Of a stretch of DNA of 64,000 nucleotides, positions 1 to 12,100 are shown one piece after another. Below the pieces are notes generated by a model. That model was given only the letters and a program-made list of their open reading frames with translations. It did not search any database and was not told the DNA's origin. Each line of letters opens with the position of its first letter. Position 1 is the first letter of the stretch. Origin of the DNA: Azolla caroliniana (taxonomy: Eukaryota > Plantae > Polypodiophyta); contig JBHGNT010000002.1 in the NCBI GenBank assembly GCA_043228905.1, forward strand, positions 11,408,001 through 11,472,000, given 5' to 3'. The position numbers were made by a program, and so were the translations under genes.

Positions 1-1804
1 TTGCGCTAGTCATTTTGAGGAGCGTCCCGTCGGCGGTTGTCGTCAGGTCTTCTATTGTTGTGTGTGTTGCGGTTGCCGTTTCGCCGATCAATGCGTGAGT
101 TCCGTCGGTCATACCAGTCATCGCGATCGTCATCATATCGTCATACCAGTCATCGCGATCGTCATACCGATCATCGCGATAGTGATCACGTCGGTAGTCA
201 TCGTCTCGGCGCCGTTGATCCGGGGATCGCGGTCGGTCGTTATCCTGGTCTCAGTAGACATATCGCTTGTCCTGCCGAGAGTATGTATTTCGTGGCTCGA
301 TCTGGCGGACTGGTGCCGCCGTTGTGCGGTTCAGCATATTATATTCGCACTGCTCGACAGTGTGAGCTCGAGACTGACAGATCAGACACTGTGGTCGGTG
401 GGGACATTCGAAGGCAGGTGCCCTGATCCTGAACACGCCGTGCATTGGAGAGCTTGGCGAAAGCAATTGTCCTCTTGAGGAAGAGCGTTTTGTAAGGATG
501 TCATCGAGAAGGCCGCGTCGTGCTGGGTCCGATCGAGGACGAGAACCCGCGCTATGACTTGTTCGATAGTATGGTTGGCGAAATTTGTAAGTGCGAGAGT
601 CGTTCGGAGAGGCTCTTGTAAACTGGACAGGAAAGTGTCCGGTATATGTTGTGCCGAGACATCATCGGCCACTTGTCTGTAGAGATCCTGGAACCGGATT
701 GTGAACTGCGCGACCGTTTCGTGCAGTTCCTGGCATATAGAGAAGAATTGCCGGAGCAGTTCTCGTTTAGGCACCTCGCGATGAAAAAGTTCAAGGAACT
801 TTGTGCGCATGATTTGGAAAGTGGTAACCTCGCCTATTTTGAGGCGAGAGTACCATCGTGCGGCCGGTCCATCGAGGGACAGTGTGAACTCGGCAATCTT
901 TGAGGCATCGATTTCGGCCGGCGTGAGGCGGTGCGTTGAGTGGTTGGCCTGCCACGTGGATATGAAGGCACGGATGTGTGACTCCGCGTCTGGTCCGTTG
1001 GTGTATTGTGGGTATGGGTACGGCATGATGTGGTACTCTGGGTCTTCTGTTAGCATTGGAAAAGGGTTTAGTTCCGGTTGATTGACCTCCGGAGGGCTCA
1101 GCGGGGGTTTTGGTGGTGAATCAACTCGCGATCGAGTGTCCGGTGGCGAGGATTGCACTGGGGAAGCCTCTGATTGCTCAGGAAAGGATTGGTCAGTGAC
1201 CGCCGAGTCGGAAGTTCCTTCGACTGGCTTAGGGCGTCGGGCAGGTGGCCGAGACCTCGTGGTGCGAGAGGGCGCCGTAACGGCAGCTGGTGGTTACCTT
1301 CAACGAAGTTCGCTGTGCACTCACAGCTATAACCGGGCATGCCAAATTGTGTTACCCGTTCCTTTGGGTGAACACCTTCGATAGATCTGCGGCTATCGGT
1401 ATTCAAGGGCGTGGTACGTGAAGGCTCGTAACAGAGGCGTCGTGAGGGAGAAAATGATCAGAGATAAAACACTAGTGAGATCTTGATAGGCATGGGCGGC
1501 GCTGAAATCATAGGTATGAGCCAAAGCACAAACACATGGAGCAAAATGGGCACAAATCAGATATATTACTGCGACAGAAAAAGGATTACAGAACACGGCC
1601 TACGGCTGGTGACCTTACAGGATTATCTAGTTACGATGGACTAAGCTAGTGCTTCCGCCTATATTTTTCTTCTCCCCCGCTCTGAGGTACTGGTCCTCGT
1701 TTAAATACTCTTTCCCCTAATACACAGCCGAGCCGTTGGTGGCCCGTGATACTCGAACTCGGCGTTTGCTAATTTCCTAATTTTACATTTCTGTCCTCTG
1801 GACA
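1..1804 (-). mobile_element. 5' part of a Ty3/Gypsy LTR retrotransposon (5' LTR ~1348-1804, PBS ~1331-1344, gag), running off the window start
   Basis: Gag ORF 382-1158 (-). PBS-like TGGCATGCCCGG on the minus strand next to a TG...CA-bounded non-coding segment. The partner LTR is not in the window, so the LTR ends are approximate. Confidence 0.65.
382..1158 (-). pseudogene. gag: Retrotransposon gag (capsid domain, degenerate zinc knuckle)
   Basis: Retrotrans_gag-like LSLDGPAARWY...FLELF...Q..ETVAQFTIRF, followed by CTACSGSGH and a frameshift. Confidence 0.8.
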
Positions 1805-1822
1805 ACAAACCAAGTCAACATT

Positions 1823-2383
1823 TTAAGACATGTCTGATGGACTAGAAGAGCATTCTGACGTCTCATCCTCATCATCAGTGGCAATCAATGCATTATCTTC
1901 GTCCAATTCCAAGCCAACATCTTTGTGGTTATGAGAATTGCTTCTGGTTAGTCTTTGTATATTGTTTGATACCATATTTGGGATTTTCTCCTTTATTATC
2001 TTGATGGTGGCTTGTCTTAGATAGCCTGATTTTGTCAATGAGAAGTCGTATACTAGTATGTCAACACGGTCTAGTGCGAGAGTAGATGTGCTCGGTATAT
2101 TCTTTCTTCTTCTCTTTCTGCTTGAACATCCGACATTCTTAACCATCTCTAAAGAATACTCTCCCGTAAATGCATCAGGTGAAGATGTCTGATACCAGTG
2201 GACCACAATTGACTTTGTCTGATTGCCTTTTTCATCCTTCACTAATTCAGTAATTTTTGCAATCCAAAATGGATGGCCCAAGTTATCATCCCGAGCTAAT
2301 GTTGCGACCAACATTCCAACTTGTAGTTCTTGCAAATTACCTTGCCATCTTGCCTCAACAATACGTGACTTTCTTTTATGCCC
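1823..2383 (-). pseudogene. C-terminal fragment of a DNA-transposase paralogous to the gene at 43903-46492
   Basis: EARWQGNLQELQVGMLVAT...GHPFWIAKI...VVHWY...DILVYDFSLTKSG...DEDNALI aligns by eye with EARWQGNLQELTAGMLIAT...GHQFWVGKI...NVHWY...DIIVYDFTLTKAG...DEDNALI. Confidence 0.85.
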
Positions 2384-4023
2384 ACTACCAATTTTGAGGT
2401 TTCCTCAGCTGATCACCCATGTCGACTCATGTAGAGTTGTTCGATACCCATCTTCGGCTAACACGCCGATGGAGACCAGACTCATCTTTAGATCGGGTAC
2501 GTGCCGAGCTCGGTGCAGGGTTATTGTGTTGCCATTTGGCAATCTCATGGGAACCTCCCCGGTTCTGGCTATCTTGCACTCCTGCCCGTTTCCCAGTTGG
2601 ACTGTGCCACTAGCGTCGGCTAAATAGTTCGAGAACCATTCAATGGTGGGGGTCACGTGAAATGTGGCACCAAAGTCTAGTAGCCACATTTGTGCAACTT
2701 GGCATTGTAGAGGACTTCTCCGATCATCGAATCCTCTAGGCAGAGGATTTCTTCGGATCGGGTGTCGGCAACATTGATCTGGTTATCGACTGGAGAGTGG
2801 TCCGAGTCGGAACATCCCTGATTTCGCTTGGATCACCATCCACTCTCTTTTCTTTTTATTGACCAGCAGTCGGAAACATTGTGGCCAGCTTTCCTGCAGT
2901 GTGTGCAATAATCACTTGTTCGGCCCGTTCTTGACTTCGATCGTTGTCGGTCACCCCTTCTTTTCGATCGGTTGTAGCGTCGACCGGTTCTGTCGGCTTG
3001 TTCTTCCGTTTGACTCTATCGGTCGAATGACTCGGTCGAGTGATGGGCTTCTGCCGACTCATCAATGGTTAGTCCTATCGATTTTCGCCTGATGTCCTCT
3101 GTTAGGACTTGGCCAGTTGTTTCATCCAGATTTAGGATCGGTCGGCTATTAGCGTAAGTCATACAGAATACCTCCCAACTCGCCGACAAGCTCAATAGGA
3201 GGGCAAGGGTTTTCACTTCTTCTTCGAAGTTGATCCCTTGTGATGAGAGTTGAGACAACTCCCAACTGACGGTGTTGATGTGGGAGGTTGCGATCAGTCT
3301 CTTTCATCTTCATGTTGAACAATTGTTTGATCAAGATCAGTTTCGAAGATGAGGACTTCTTCTCGTAGACAGCCTGTAGCTTCTCCCACAATGAGAACGT
3401 TGTCGTCTCTTTCGCCATGTTGGAATAGACGTTTTCGGCCAGATGCATTCGGATGGTGGAGCGTGCGATTTTATCCGTTGATCTCCACTCCTTGGTTGTC
3501 ATTGAAGCAGGTTTTTCACTGTGCCGAATGGCTTCGACCTGTCTTCGAATGATCAGCACATCCTACATCATCTCCTTCCACAAGGCAAACTTTTTGCCAT
3601 CGAATTTTCTGATTTCAACTCATGTTCCAAATGTTGAAACCATATTCTATTTGTGAACTTGAGATTTCTGGCCTAGTCTTTTCTTTCAACTTCTTCTGTT
3701 GTCTATTGTTGCCGAACAACAAAGATTCGGCTCTGATACCAGTTGTGGGTACGAGTGCTATGTGCGGAAACGTGTATGGATCTGTAGTCGGTACAAAACA
3801 GCAAACAACACATGCAGAAAATAGAATAGGCATGGAGACTTACACAGATGGAGCTTTAATGGAAAGCTTCTTATTACTTTGTTCTTTCTCAGAGATACGA
3901 TACTTTTGCTCATCATCACTCATTACAATGTTAGGTATTCGCTTATATACTAAGCCCTAACTTATTAACAAGTTCACACTTAGACGAATACAATTTGGAA
4001 GGAGTCAGCCTTTTATGCCAACA
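2384..4023 (-). mobile_element. Truncated Ty1/Copia element (5' LTR 3744-4023, tRNA-iMet PBS 3731-3741, gag, protease)
   Basis: TGGTATCAGAG PBS on the minus strand. Copia gag (DKIARSTIRMHL...LWEKLQAVY) and protease WLLDFGATFHVT. Confidence 0.85.
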
Positions 4024-5810
4024 AAACCAGGGGGTTGGATCATGTAGACCTGTTCTTTAAGATCTCCTTGAAGAAACACATTCTTGACGTTGTCGCGGTA
4101 ATCCACGTGCGCATGTTAGATCCAGGGCGGGACCACAAAGGGTCTTGGACCTAAGAAAGACGGAGCATGGAAGGTCGAGCTTTGCCATTCTTGGTGACTG
4201 GCCAGGACACCAACCAGAGCGTTTCTGGATACGTACCGGAGCAACCGAATGAGAGAGGGGAAAGGACGCGCACGCAACACTGACCTGACACACACATCCT
4301 ATGTACAGAAACCAAAAAGAAGGAACTCCAAAGACACTGACATAGACATGGATTCACAGAACTTCACTATATATATATACAAGAGCAAGATACAACTCCG
4401 GCCTTGAGCCAAACCAAGGTAGATTAGGTTACAACAGCATTCTATTGCCAAGCCATCGATCGGGGAGCTCACGGGCTAGTCGCGTGAAGCGGGGTCTTGC
4501 ACAGGAGACAGAGTGAAAGCAAAATTCCCTAGGAAATTTGAGCTCTAAACCGGACTAAACCCTAAACAGACACGAAGAAGAAGACCTCAAAGAAACTCTA
4601 AAAGAGAGTAAGAAGAAGAAAGCTATCAAACCCTAGTTCTAAGTGGTATACCCACTTAACTCAAAATGGGCAACCCCTTTTACAAGGGACTCTCCCTTCC
4701 TTTTATAGCACAAGGAGGAAGGTGTGTAACAATGTGGGATAAATCCCATATTACATGGGATTCTCTGTCCCAACTTAAACTCCTATTCGGCAACATAAAG
4801 GCACCCCATTATCTTACACGTGTATACAAGGGTGAGTGCTCACGCCGCACCCTGCTGATATTCCCAATAGGCCCGATTTTCTCACTATGGTCGTGAATCT
4901 TCACGACAATGTCCGTTTGGTGAAGATTCCACCCCCTTGTCATAGCAACTACCAACACCACACGAACCGTCGTCATCTTCATGACCAGAGCAAAGGTCTC
5001 GTCGTAGTCAATTCCATAAGTCTGCGCATATCCTTTGGTCACTAACCGGGCCTTGTATTGGTTGACATAACCGTCGGCATTGTACTTCACCTTGTATACC
5101 CACTTGCAGCCGATGGGTTTGCAATGCCGGGGATGATCAACCAGGTCCCATATGTCATTGCCATGAAGTGCCCGCATCTCTTCCACCATAGCAGCATGCT
5201 AATACGCAACCTTTGCCGCTCTTTCATAGCTCTCTTGCTCACGCACTTCCACCACTTTTGCCATGTACGCATAGTGATGCGCCATGTACTCATTATACCC
5301 ATACCGTTTTACGGGGTTCTTCGGACAGGTCGATCGACGTAAGTTCTCATTAGCCGATTTCAAGGCCCTCTTGGCCGACTCAAACTTCATTCTTGGAGGC
5401 CCATCTTTATATTTACCAGAGTTGGATTCACTCTATTCCAACTCATCTCTACTAGTGTCATATTCCAAGATCTTCTTCTTCCCTGTTTCTTTGTGAGTGA
5501 ACCATCTCCTCGGTTCCTTTCGTGGGGAGAGCACAACTGAGTCTCCACTACTCACCGACTCTTCATCTTGTTGGTCTTCCTGACTCATCTCTCCATTCGG
5601 CCCACTCAGTTGGAATGAGATCAGACTCTCATCTAGAGTACAGAATCCTTCTTCATCTTCTGCCCGGATTGTTTCTGGCTCACTGGCCTCATCTTCTAGA
5701 ATTGGGTCGTAGTCGGGGGTTGGAGTCGGTACATAGTACCAGGATGTTGACTCGTCAAATTTGACATCTTGGCTTACTCGTACTTACTTAGTCCGAGGGT
5801 TGTAACACTT
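4024..5810 (-). mobile_element. Ty1/Copia internal fragment (integrase C-terminus, linker, RT N-terminus), split by a solo LTR
   Basis: KPIGCKWVYKVK...YKARLV.KGY.Q.YGIDY.ETFA, and DVKN.FLQGDL.EQVYM.QPPGF resuming at 4024-4090. Confidence 0.85.
4091..4908. mobile_element. Solo LTR of the TGTCG...CGACA Gypsy lineage
   Basis: TGTCG/CGACA termini and a 4-bp TSD ACGT (4087-4090) / ATGT (4909-4912). Removing it restores the Copia RT motif D-V-K-N. Confidence 0.85.
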
Positions 5811-6123
5811 TGTTAGGATTTCGGTCCCTCTGGATGGGATATGAGTACCCGGCAAGGAAGGCCTGGTGACAACCGGATGATGAGTACCCAGTAAGGAAGG
5901 CCCGGTGAGAACTAGATGACGCAGGCCCGGCGAGAACCTCTCACCAGATGAAGGGACATATATGTAAATATGTTTCTGTTAGCCCATAGTGGCTATATTT
6001 GTAAATAGCCCGAAAGTCATATTAGTATAAATATGACCTAAGGAAAACAGAGTGTGTGTGTATCATTGTGTTGCCATTATTTTGTATAGAGTTATTGGTG
6101 TAACTGCTGTATAGAGCGTAGCA

Positions 6124-6158
<35 letters not shown>

Positions 6159-9100
6159 TCTGTTGTAATTGTCGCCATGCAAAGATTGTGAGCACGAGGT
6201 CGTTGCCTCTGTGTTCCCTTGTTGTATTCTCCTTACATAGTGATAGTTCGGAGTCTGTGGACTCCCATGGTTTTTCCCATTTAGGGTTTTCCACGTTAAC
6301 ATCCTGTGCCTTCTCTTCTGTTTGTGTACTTACTTCGATTTCTCATTTTTCTGTGTTTGATTATCATTAATTGATCTAAGCTTCGGTTGTGGCCGAATAT
6401 TATTCCGCATATTCTCTTTAATTTGGTATCAGAGCGAAACGACACAGAAGAATGGAAGATTTGTTGGGAGGCATGTTCAAGCTCACCGGCTCCAACTACT
6501 CAGTGTGGAAGTCAAAGATGAGGGACATGCTCGTGGTGAAAGATATTTGGTTGCCTGTTTAGTTCGGGGACAAGAGACCGGACAAGATCGACGCCACAAT
6601 GTGGGAGGTGAAGCATATGAAGACGACGGCATACATATGGTGCTTCATCGACATGAACATGTACAACAACTTCAATGCAGAGAGCAAGGCTCATGAGTTC
6701 TGGGAGAAGATCAACATTATGTTTCAAAACAAAAATGATGTTAATCGGGTTTCGGTATTCCGGAAGCTAGTGAGGCTCCAGTACCAAGATGGCTCCAGTA
6801 TGGTGGAGCACATGAATGCCTTCCAGGGACTAATACACCAAGCAAACTCGCTGGAAGTACCTCTCGCCAAAGAGGTACTTGCTTTATTCCTGCTCGGTTC
6901 CCTCCCGGATAGCTGGGAGACGTTAGTTGTCACGTTGGGCAACGCTGGGCCGGAAGGAAAACAGTTATCCCTAGCAAGAGTCAAGTCGAGCTTGCTAGAT
7001 GAGGAGGCACATCGGAAAGACAAAGATATGAGCTCCGACTCCAAAGCACTCCTTACCGAATTGGAACGCGGAAGACAAAGGAACCGGAGTCCCCAGAACT
7101 GGGAAAAATCGGGGACACGGTCAAAGTCAAGGGGAAGGCCCACTGGATTCTACTGTGGCAAGCCGGGGCACTTCTAGAAGAATTGTCAGCATTTCCGAAA
7201 AGACAAGGAAACTGACGGTACCGATTCGAAGCGATCATCGGACCAGAACGGTAAAGACCGGAGGGGACCGGACCGGAAGGGAACGACGACAATCACGGCA
7301 AGTGAAGAAGAGTTGATGCTCATTACCAAGGCGAGTGAGTTAAACCTTGCGGGTGATGAGACAACGTGGGTTGTCGATTCCGGAGCGTCATTCCACCTTA
7401 CCCCAGACCGGAAATGCTTCTCATCCTACACAACCGGTGAGCACGACTATGTCCGAATGGGAAATGAAGGGACATGCCGAATTATTGGCATAGGAAATGT
7501 ACTATTGACGATATCGACCAGATGCAAGTTGATGTTGCAGGATGTCCGACACGTTCCGGAGGTTCGACTGAACCTGATATCAGTTGGTCGGCTAGATGAT
7601 GAAGGCTACATGGGTAGCATCCGGAACGGTGTCATAAAGTTCAACAAGGGGAGCCTAATAGTGGCTCTGGCCTGAAAAGTCAACACATTGTACTTGATGA
7701 ATGCCCGGTTATGCCGGGAAGAAGTGAACGTGGCATCTGACACTGCCGATGAGCTGTGGCACAAGAGATTGTGTCACATGAGCGAGAAGGGGATGAGGAG
7801 CTTTGCCGATGACAACCTCATTCTGGTGAAGGACGTGCATCTTGAGAGGTGCACCGATTGCCTAGCCGGTAAGCAAAACCAGACCTCCTTCCGATCAAGA
7901 ACAACAATGACACGGAATGCACCACTGGATCTGGTGCATACCGATGTGTGTCAAGTGGACACGAAGTCACATGCCGGATCGCAGTACTTCGTGATGTTCA
8001 TAGACGACCACAACCGGAAGCTGTGGGTTTCACCGTTGAAGATGAAGGACTAGGTGTTATCTGTCTTCAAGGAGCTCCACGCGAGAGTGGAAAGAGAAAC
8101 CGGCCGGAGGCTGAAGGCGGTTCGAGCAGAAAACGGAGGAGAATACCGGGGGCAGTTCGAGGAGTACAACCGCTCGAAGGGAATCCGGTTCGAATTTACT
8201 GTGCCGAAGACGCCGAAACTAAATGGGCTGACCGAGAGGATGAACCGGACCATAATGGAGAGTGTCCGGAGTATACGAGCACAGGTTAAGCTACCCAAGA
8301 CGTTTTGGGTTGAGGCGTTGTGGACAACGACGTATGTGATAAACAGATCACCCTCAATGCCCTTGGACGGAGACACGCCACAGAGAGTATGGACTGGTAA
8401 GGAAGTGTCTTACCGGCACCTAAAGGTGTTCGGGTGTATCACTTACGTGCATGTGGCAAAGGACCGGAGAGGAAAGTTGGATCCAAAGTCCCGGTCTTGC
8501 ATATTCCTCGGATACGGCGATGATGAGTTCGGCTACCGAGTGTGGGACCCCGTTGACAAGAAGGTATTCCGAAGTCGAGATATTATCTTCACGAAGGACA
8601 AGAACCTTGCCGGCTGGGAGTCGAAGAAGAAGATAATGAACTCTGAATCGACCAGTAAGGATCGGATCGATGAGATTCAGACCTACCCGGCTACGAGCCA
8701 GTTGACACTTGAAGAACTGGCCGGTTACGGTGAGGATACCGAACCAACAGAAGAAGGAGAGGAAGCTGAAACCGGAACCAGACAAGACCCTGAATCGGAT
8801 TCAGATGAAGAACAGACACAGGAGCCGGTTACCGAAAACCGAGGACGGAGATATCCTCTCCGGGAAAGAAGAGCCCCCCGGAGATTTCCGGATGCAGAGC
8901 ATGTGTTGCAGACCGATGAGGAGGAGCCGGAAAGCTTCGAAGAAGCGAAAGATGACACCCATAGCTGCAAGTGGTTGAGTGCCATGCACGACGAGATGGA
9001 TTCCTTGCATGAGAACCACACGTATGAATTGGTGGAGTTGCCGAAAGGAAAGAGGGCACTCCGAAACAAGTGGGTGTACAAGCTGAAACCGGGAGATGCC

Positions 9101-12100
9101 GGAAACCCCCCGAGATACAAAGCTAGGATCGTGGTGAAGGGGTTACAGTAGAAGAAGGGCGTGGACTTCGACGAGATATTTTCCCTGGTAGTAAAGATGA
9201 CTTCCATCCGGACAGTACTGAGCATAGGGGCAAGCATGGATCTCAAGGTAGAGCAGAGCAGTTAGACGCTGTCGAGAAAATCCTCCCGGATGCATAGAAT
9301 TTGGCTAGAACCGCGGGGGTCTTGAACGAAGGAATCGAGAAATGAGGAGGAAGAGTCTGTGGTTTACGTGAACCCTGAGACCCCGGTTTAAACAGAGAAG
9401 GTTAGTGAAATGAGAGAGATAGTGTAAGAGGATCGTGTGTAGACACGGGCATAGACAGAGAAGCTAAGAACAACTTGCATTCGGTAGATAAGTTTCTATT
9501 AATCGATATATGCGCGTAGTGCTGTGGGTGATTACAACCGGATCAGTGTCAGTGGTAGAGCATAGGCTCTACAATAGTCATACACAAAGTGGAGTAGGGT
9601 CACAGAAGGTCGATCCCTGGTCAGGAGCATTCGGGCGTCTTACGCGAGCAGGGGAAGCTCCTTCCGGTGATCTGTCGTAGGACTCCTCATCTGGTCTCCT
9701 GCCTGTTCCCTTTCTCCTCTCTCGATTACTTCCCCCAAAATTACATCCCTTCTAACAGTGAAAGGTCACCCCTTTTATAGCACAAAGAGTGACTATTACA
9801 AGGCATTCATGACTTGTCTCTTTCCCTTCCTAGATTCTCCCCCCTGATTCGCTCTCCTCGTAACTCTCCCTACTTACGTGATGTCTGAATCCCTATTAAT
9901 GCCTTAACTACCTATGCCTAGTATTTACACTATTTAATTCACTAGGGGTGTACACCTTGATTCCACCTATGGCCCGAAATCTTCACGACATCAACCCCCA
10001 CTAAACCACACATACTCCGTTATGTGCCGGGCAGTGATTTTAGTGAGAGATTCCGGGCCATATGCTACACGTCCTCCCCTTCTGAATTGGCGGTTTTGGC
10101 TCCTGGGCCTGGTTCCGCTTCTTGAAGGCCTTTATCCGCTTTCCGGCCACTGGAGTCGTCATTCGGGTCCCGTCGAGCTCCGCGAGATGATACGTCGCGT
10201 TATCATTGACGCTAATTACCACGTAGGGCCCGAACCATCACTTCACGAACTTACGCATAGACATATGCTGGTTGTCGAGGCTGTTGTCGTAGACCAACAC
10301 CCAATCACCTTCCTCGATCTTCCTTGGTTGGAGCCGGTGTGTTCGGGTGAACCGGGCCTTGTTCCGGATTCTCGCTTCTCTCACCCTCGTTCTGACCCGC
10401 TCCACATCTCCCGGCCTTTGCTCGAGTTGCTGGATTCGGGCCGCTAGCAATTCTTCTCGGCTCATTTCGTTGGCCTAATCGATCGTTGTCCACGAGGCGA
10501 TCATCCACTCCACTAGCATGATGGGTTTCAGTCCAAACATTAGTTCCGCCGACATATACCCTGTCACCGAACTTTGGGTAGTCCTGTCTGCCCACAACGC
10601 GTAAGGGAGCAACCTCGGCCAGTCGCTGACTCATCCTTTGCACACAGGTACAATGGCTTTTACGATCGGACCGTGGCCCCGCTCGATCTTTCCATTTCCC
10701 TCCGGGTTGTACGCTATCGTGAGGGACAGTTTTACGCTTAACCGATCGAACAGTTCCTCGCCCTCTTCTGTGTCTAGCTCGCCTCTGTCAGCCACGATTT
10801 TCCCTACCCACTTGTATCGGCATATGACATCTTCAATCAGAAACTTACATACTGCTGCAGTGGTCTTGTTCGTTAGTGCCCGGCCCTCTACCTGGTTCAT
10901 TAGGTCTTCTCTAGCTAGCACGAGGTATCATTTCTAACCCTCTCCTATCGGCATCGTTACTAAGTTATCCATCCATTTGAAGTGTACGGCCAGGGGGTAT
11001 GTTGGGTGTAGCTCGTCGTGGTGTCGAACCATCGAGTGCATCTGGCAGCTTTCGCATGTGGACACGAAGTCGTGCATGCTCTTATATGTACCCGGCCACC
11101 AGTATTTCTCCTTTAACTTCTCGAATGTGCTCCATACACCCCGATGTCCAGACCAAGGGCTTTCGTGGAACTCCGATATTAGCTTCTCTTGATCATCCGC
11201 CCATGCTATTACCCGGAGCGGTGCGTCATTTCGCCTTTTTGGGACCCTCCAAATCTTCCCATTCCGTAGGAAGTATCGGTATGCCCTTTTTCGGAGTTGT
11301 CCCGCTTCCTCCCTAGTCATCGAGGCGTCCGCCGTCATTGTCTTTAGAAATCTTCCGATTAGAAGCCACTCCCCATCGTAGTCACCTTGGTCGAACTCAT
11401 TCAAGGGCGGAGCGCTTGGCCTTTTTATCCTCATCCTTGCTGATTCGAAGAGGTCCGCACTGACTTCTTCGTTCTCGGATACCATGCCATCCTCGTCCTT
11501 GAGCCTTGCTCTGGAAAGCAAATCGTCCATGGCGTTGTCTTTACCCGAGATGTGTCATATCTCTGGGTTCAGGGACTTGACGTACAAAATCCACCTGAGC
11601 ATGGCCAAGTCGGGAGTTGTGCATCCGGAGACCATACCAAGGATTGGTAGGCAGTCCGTTTCTATGATCACTTCTGTCCCGATTAGGTAGTCTTTGTTGA
11701 CCTTAACTGCCGAAACGATACCGCATAGCTCGCGCTTGACTTGGGCGTATCCTCGTTATCGCTCATTCAGTACCTTTGCACTGAACCGGATAGGGAAACG
11801 CGTGCCATCGTCCTCCTCTTGATTTACGACCCATGCGATCCCAAGTCGGGTTGGTGTCCACTGTGATGTAGACCGGAGTTCCCGGTGCATATTCTGCTTT
11901 GCGTAAGGCTGGTGCCGCGGTGAGCATTCGTTTTAGCCTCCAAACCGCCTCGGTATGTTCCTTTGTCCATTCAAATTTCTTGCTTTTCTTTAGCAAGCCA
12001 TAGAGTGGTTCGGCGACGTGCGCGTAATGAGGGATCCATATGTGGTAAAAGGCGCATGCTCCTAAGAATCGCCGGACCTCTGTGATGGATCCGCACTCCT

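Noticed and set aside
37-478. Plus-strand Ser/Arg/His-rich ORFs and the many other antisense or LTR-derived short ORFs
   Set aside because: They are shadow frames of retrotransposon coding or LTR sequence with no independent motifs.
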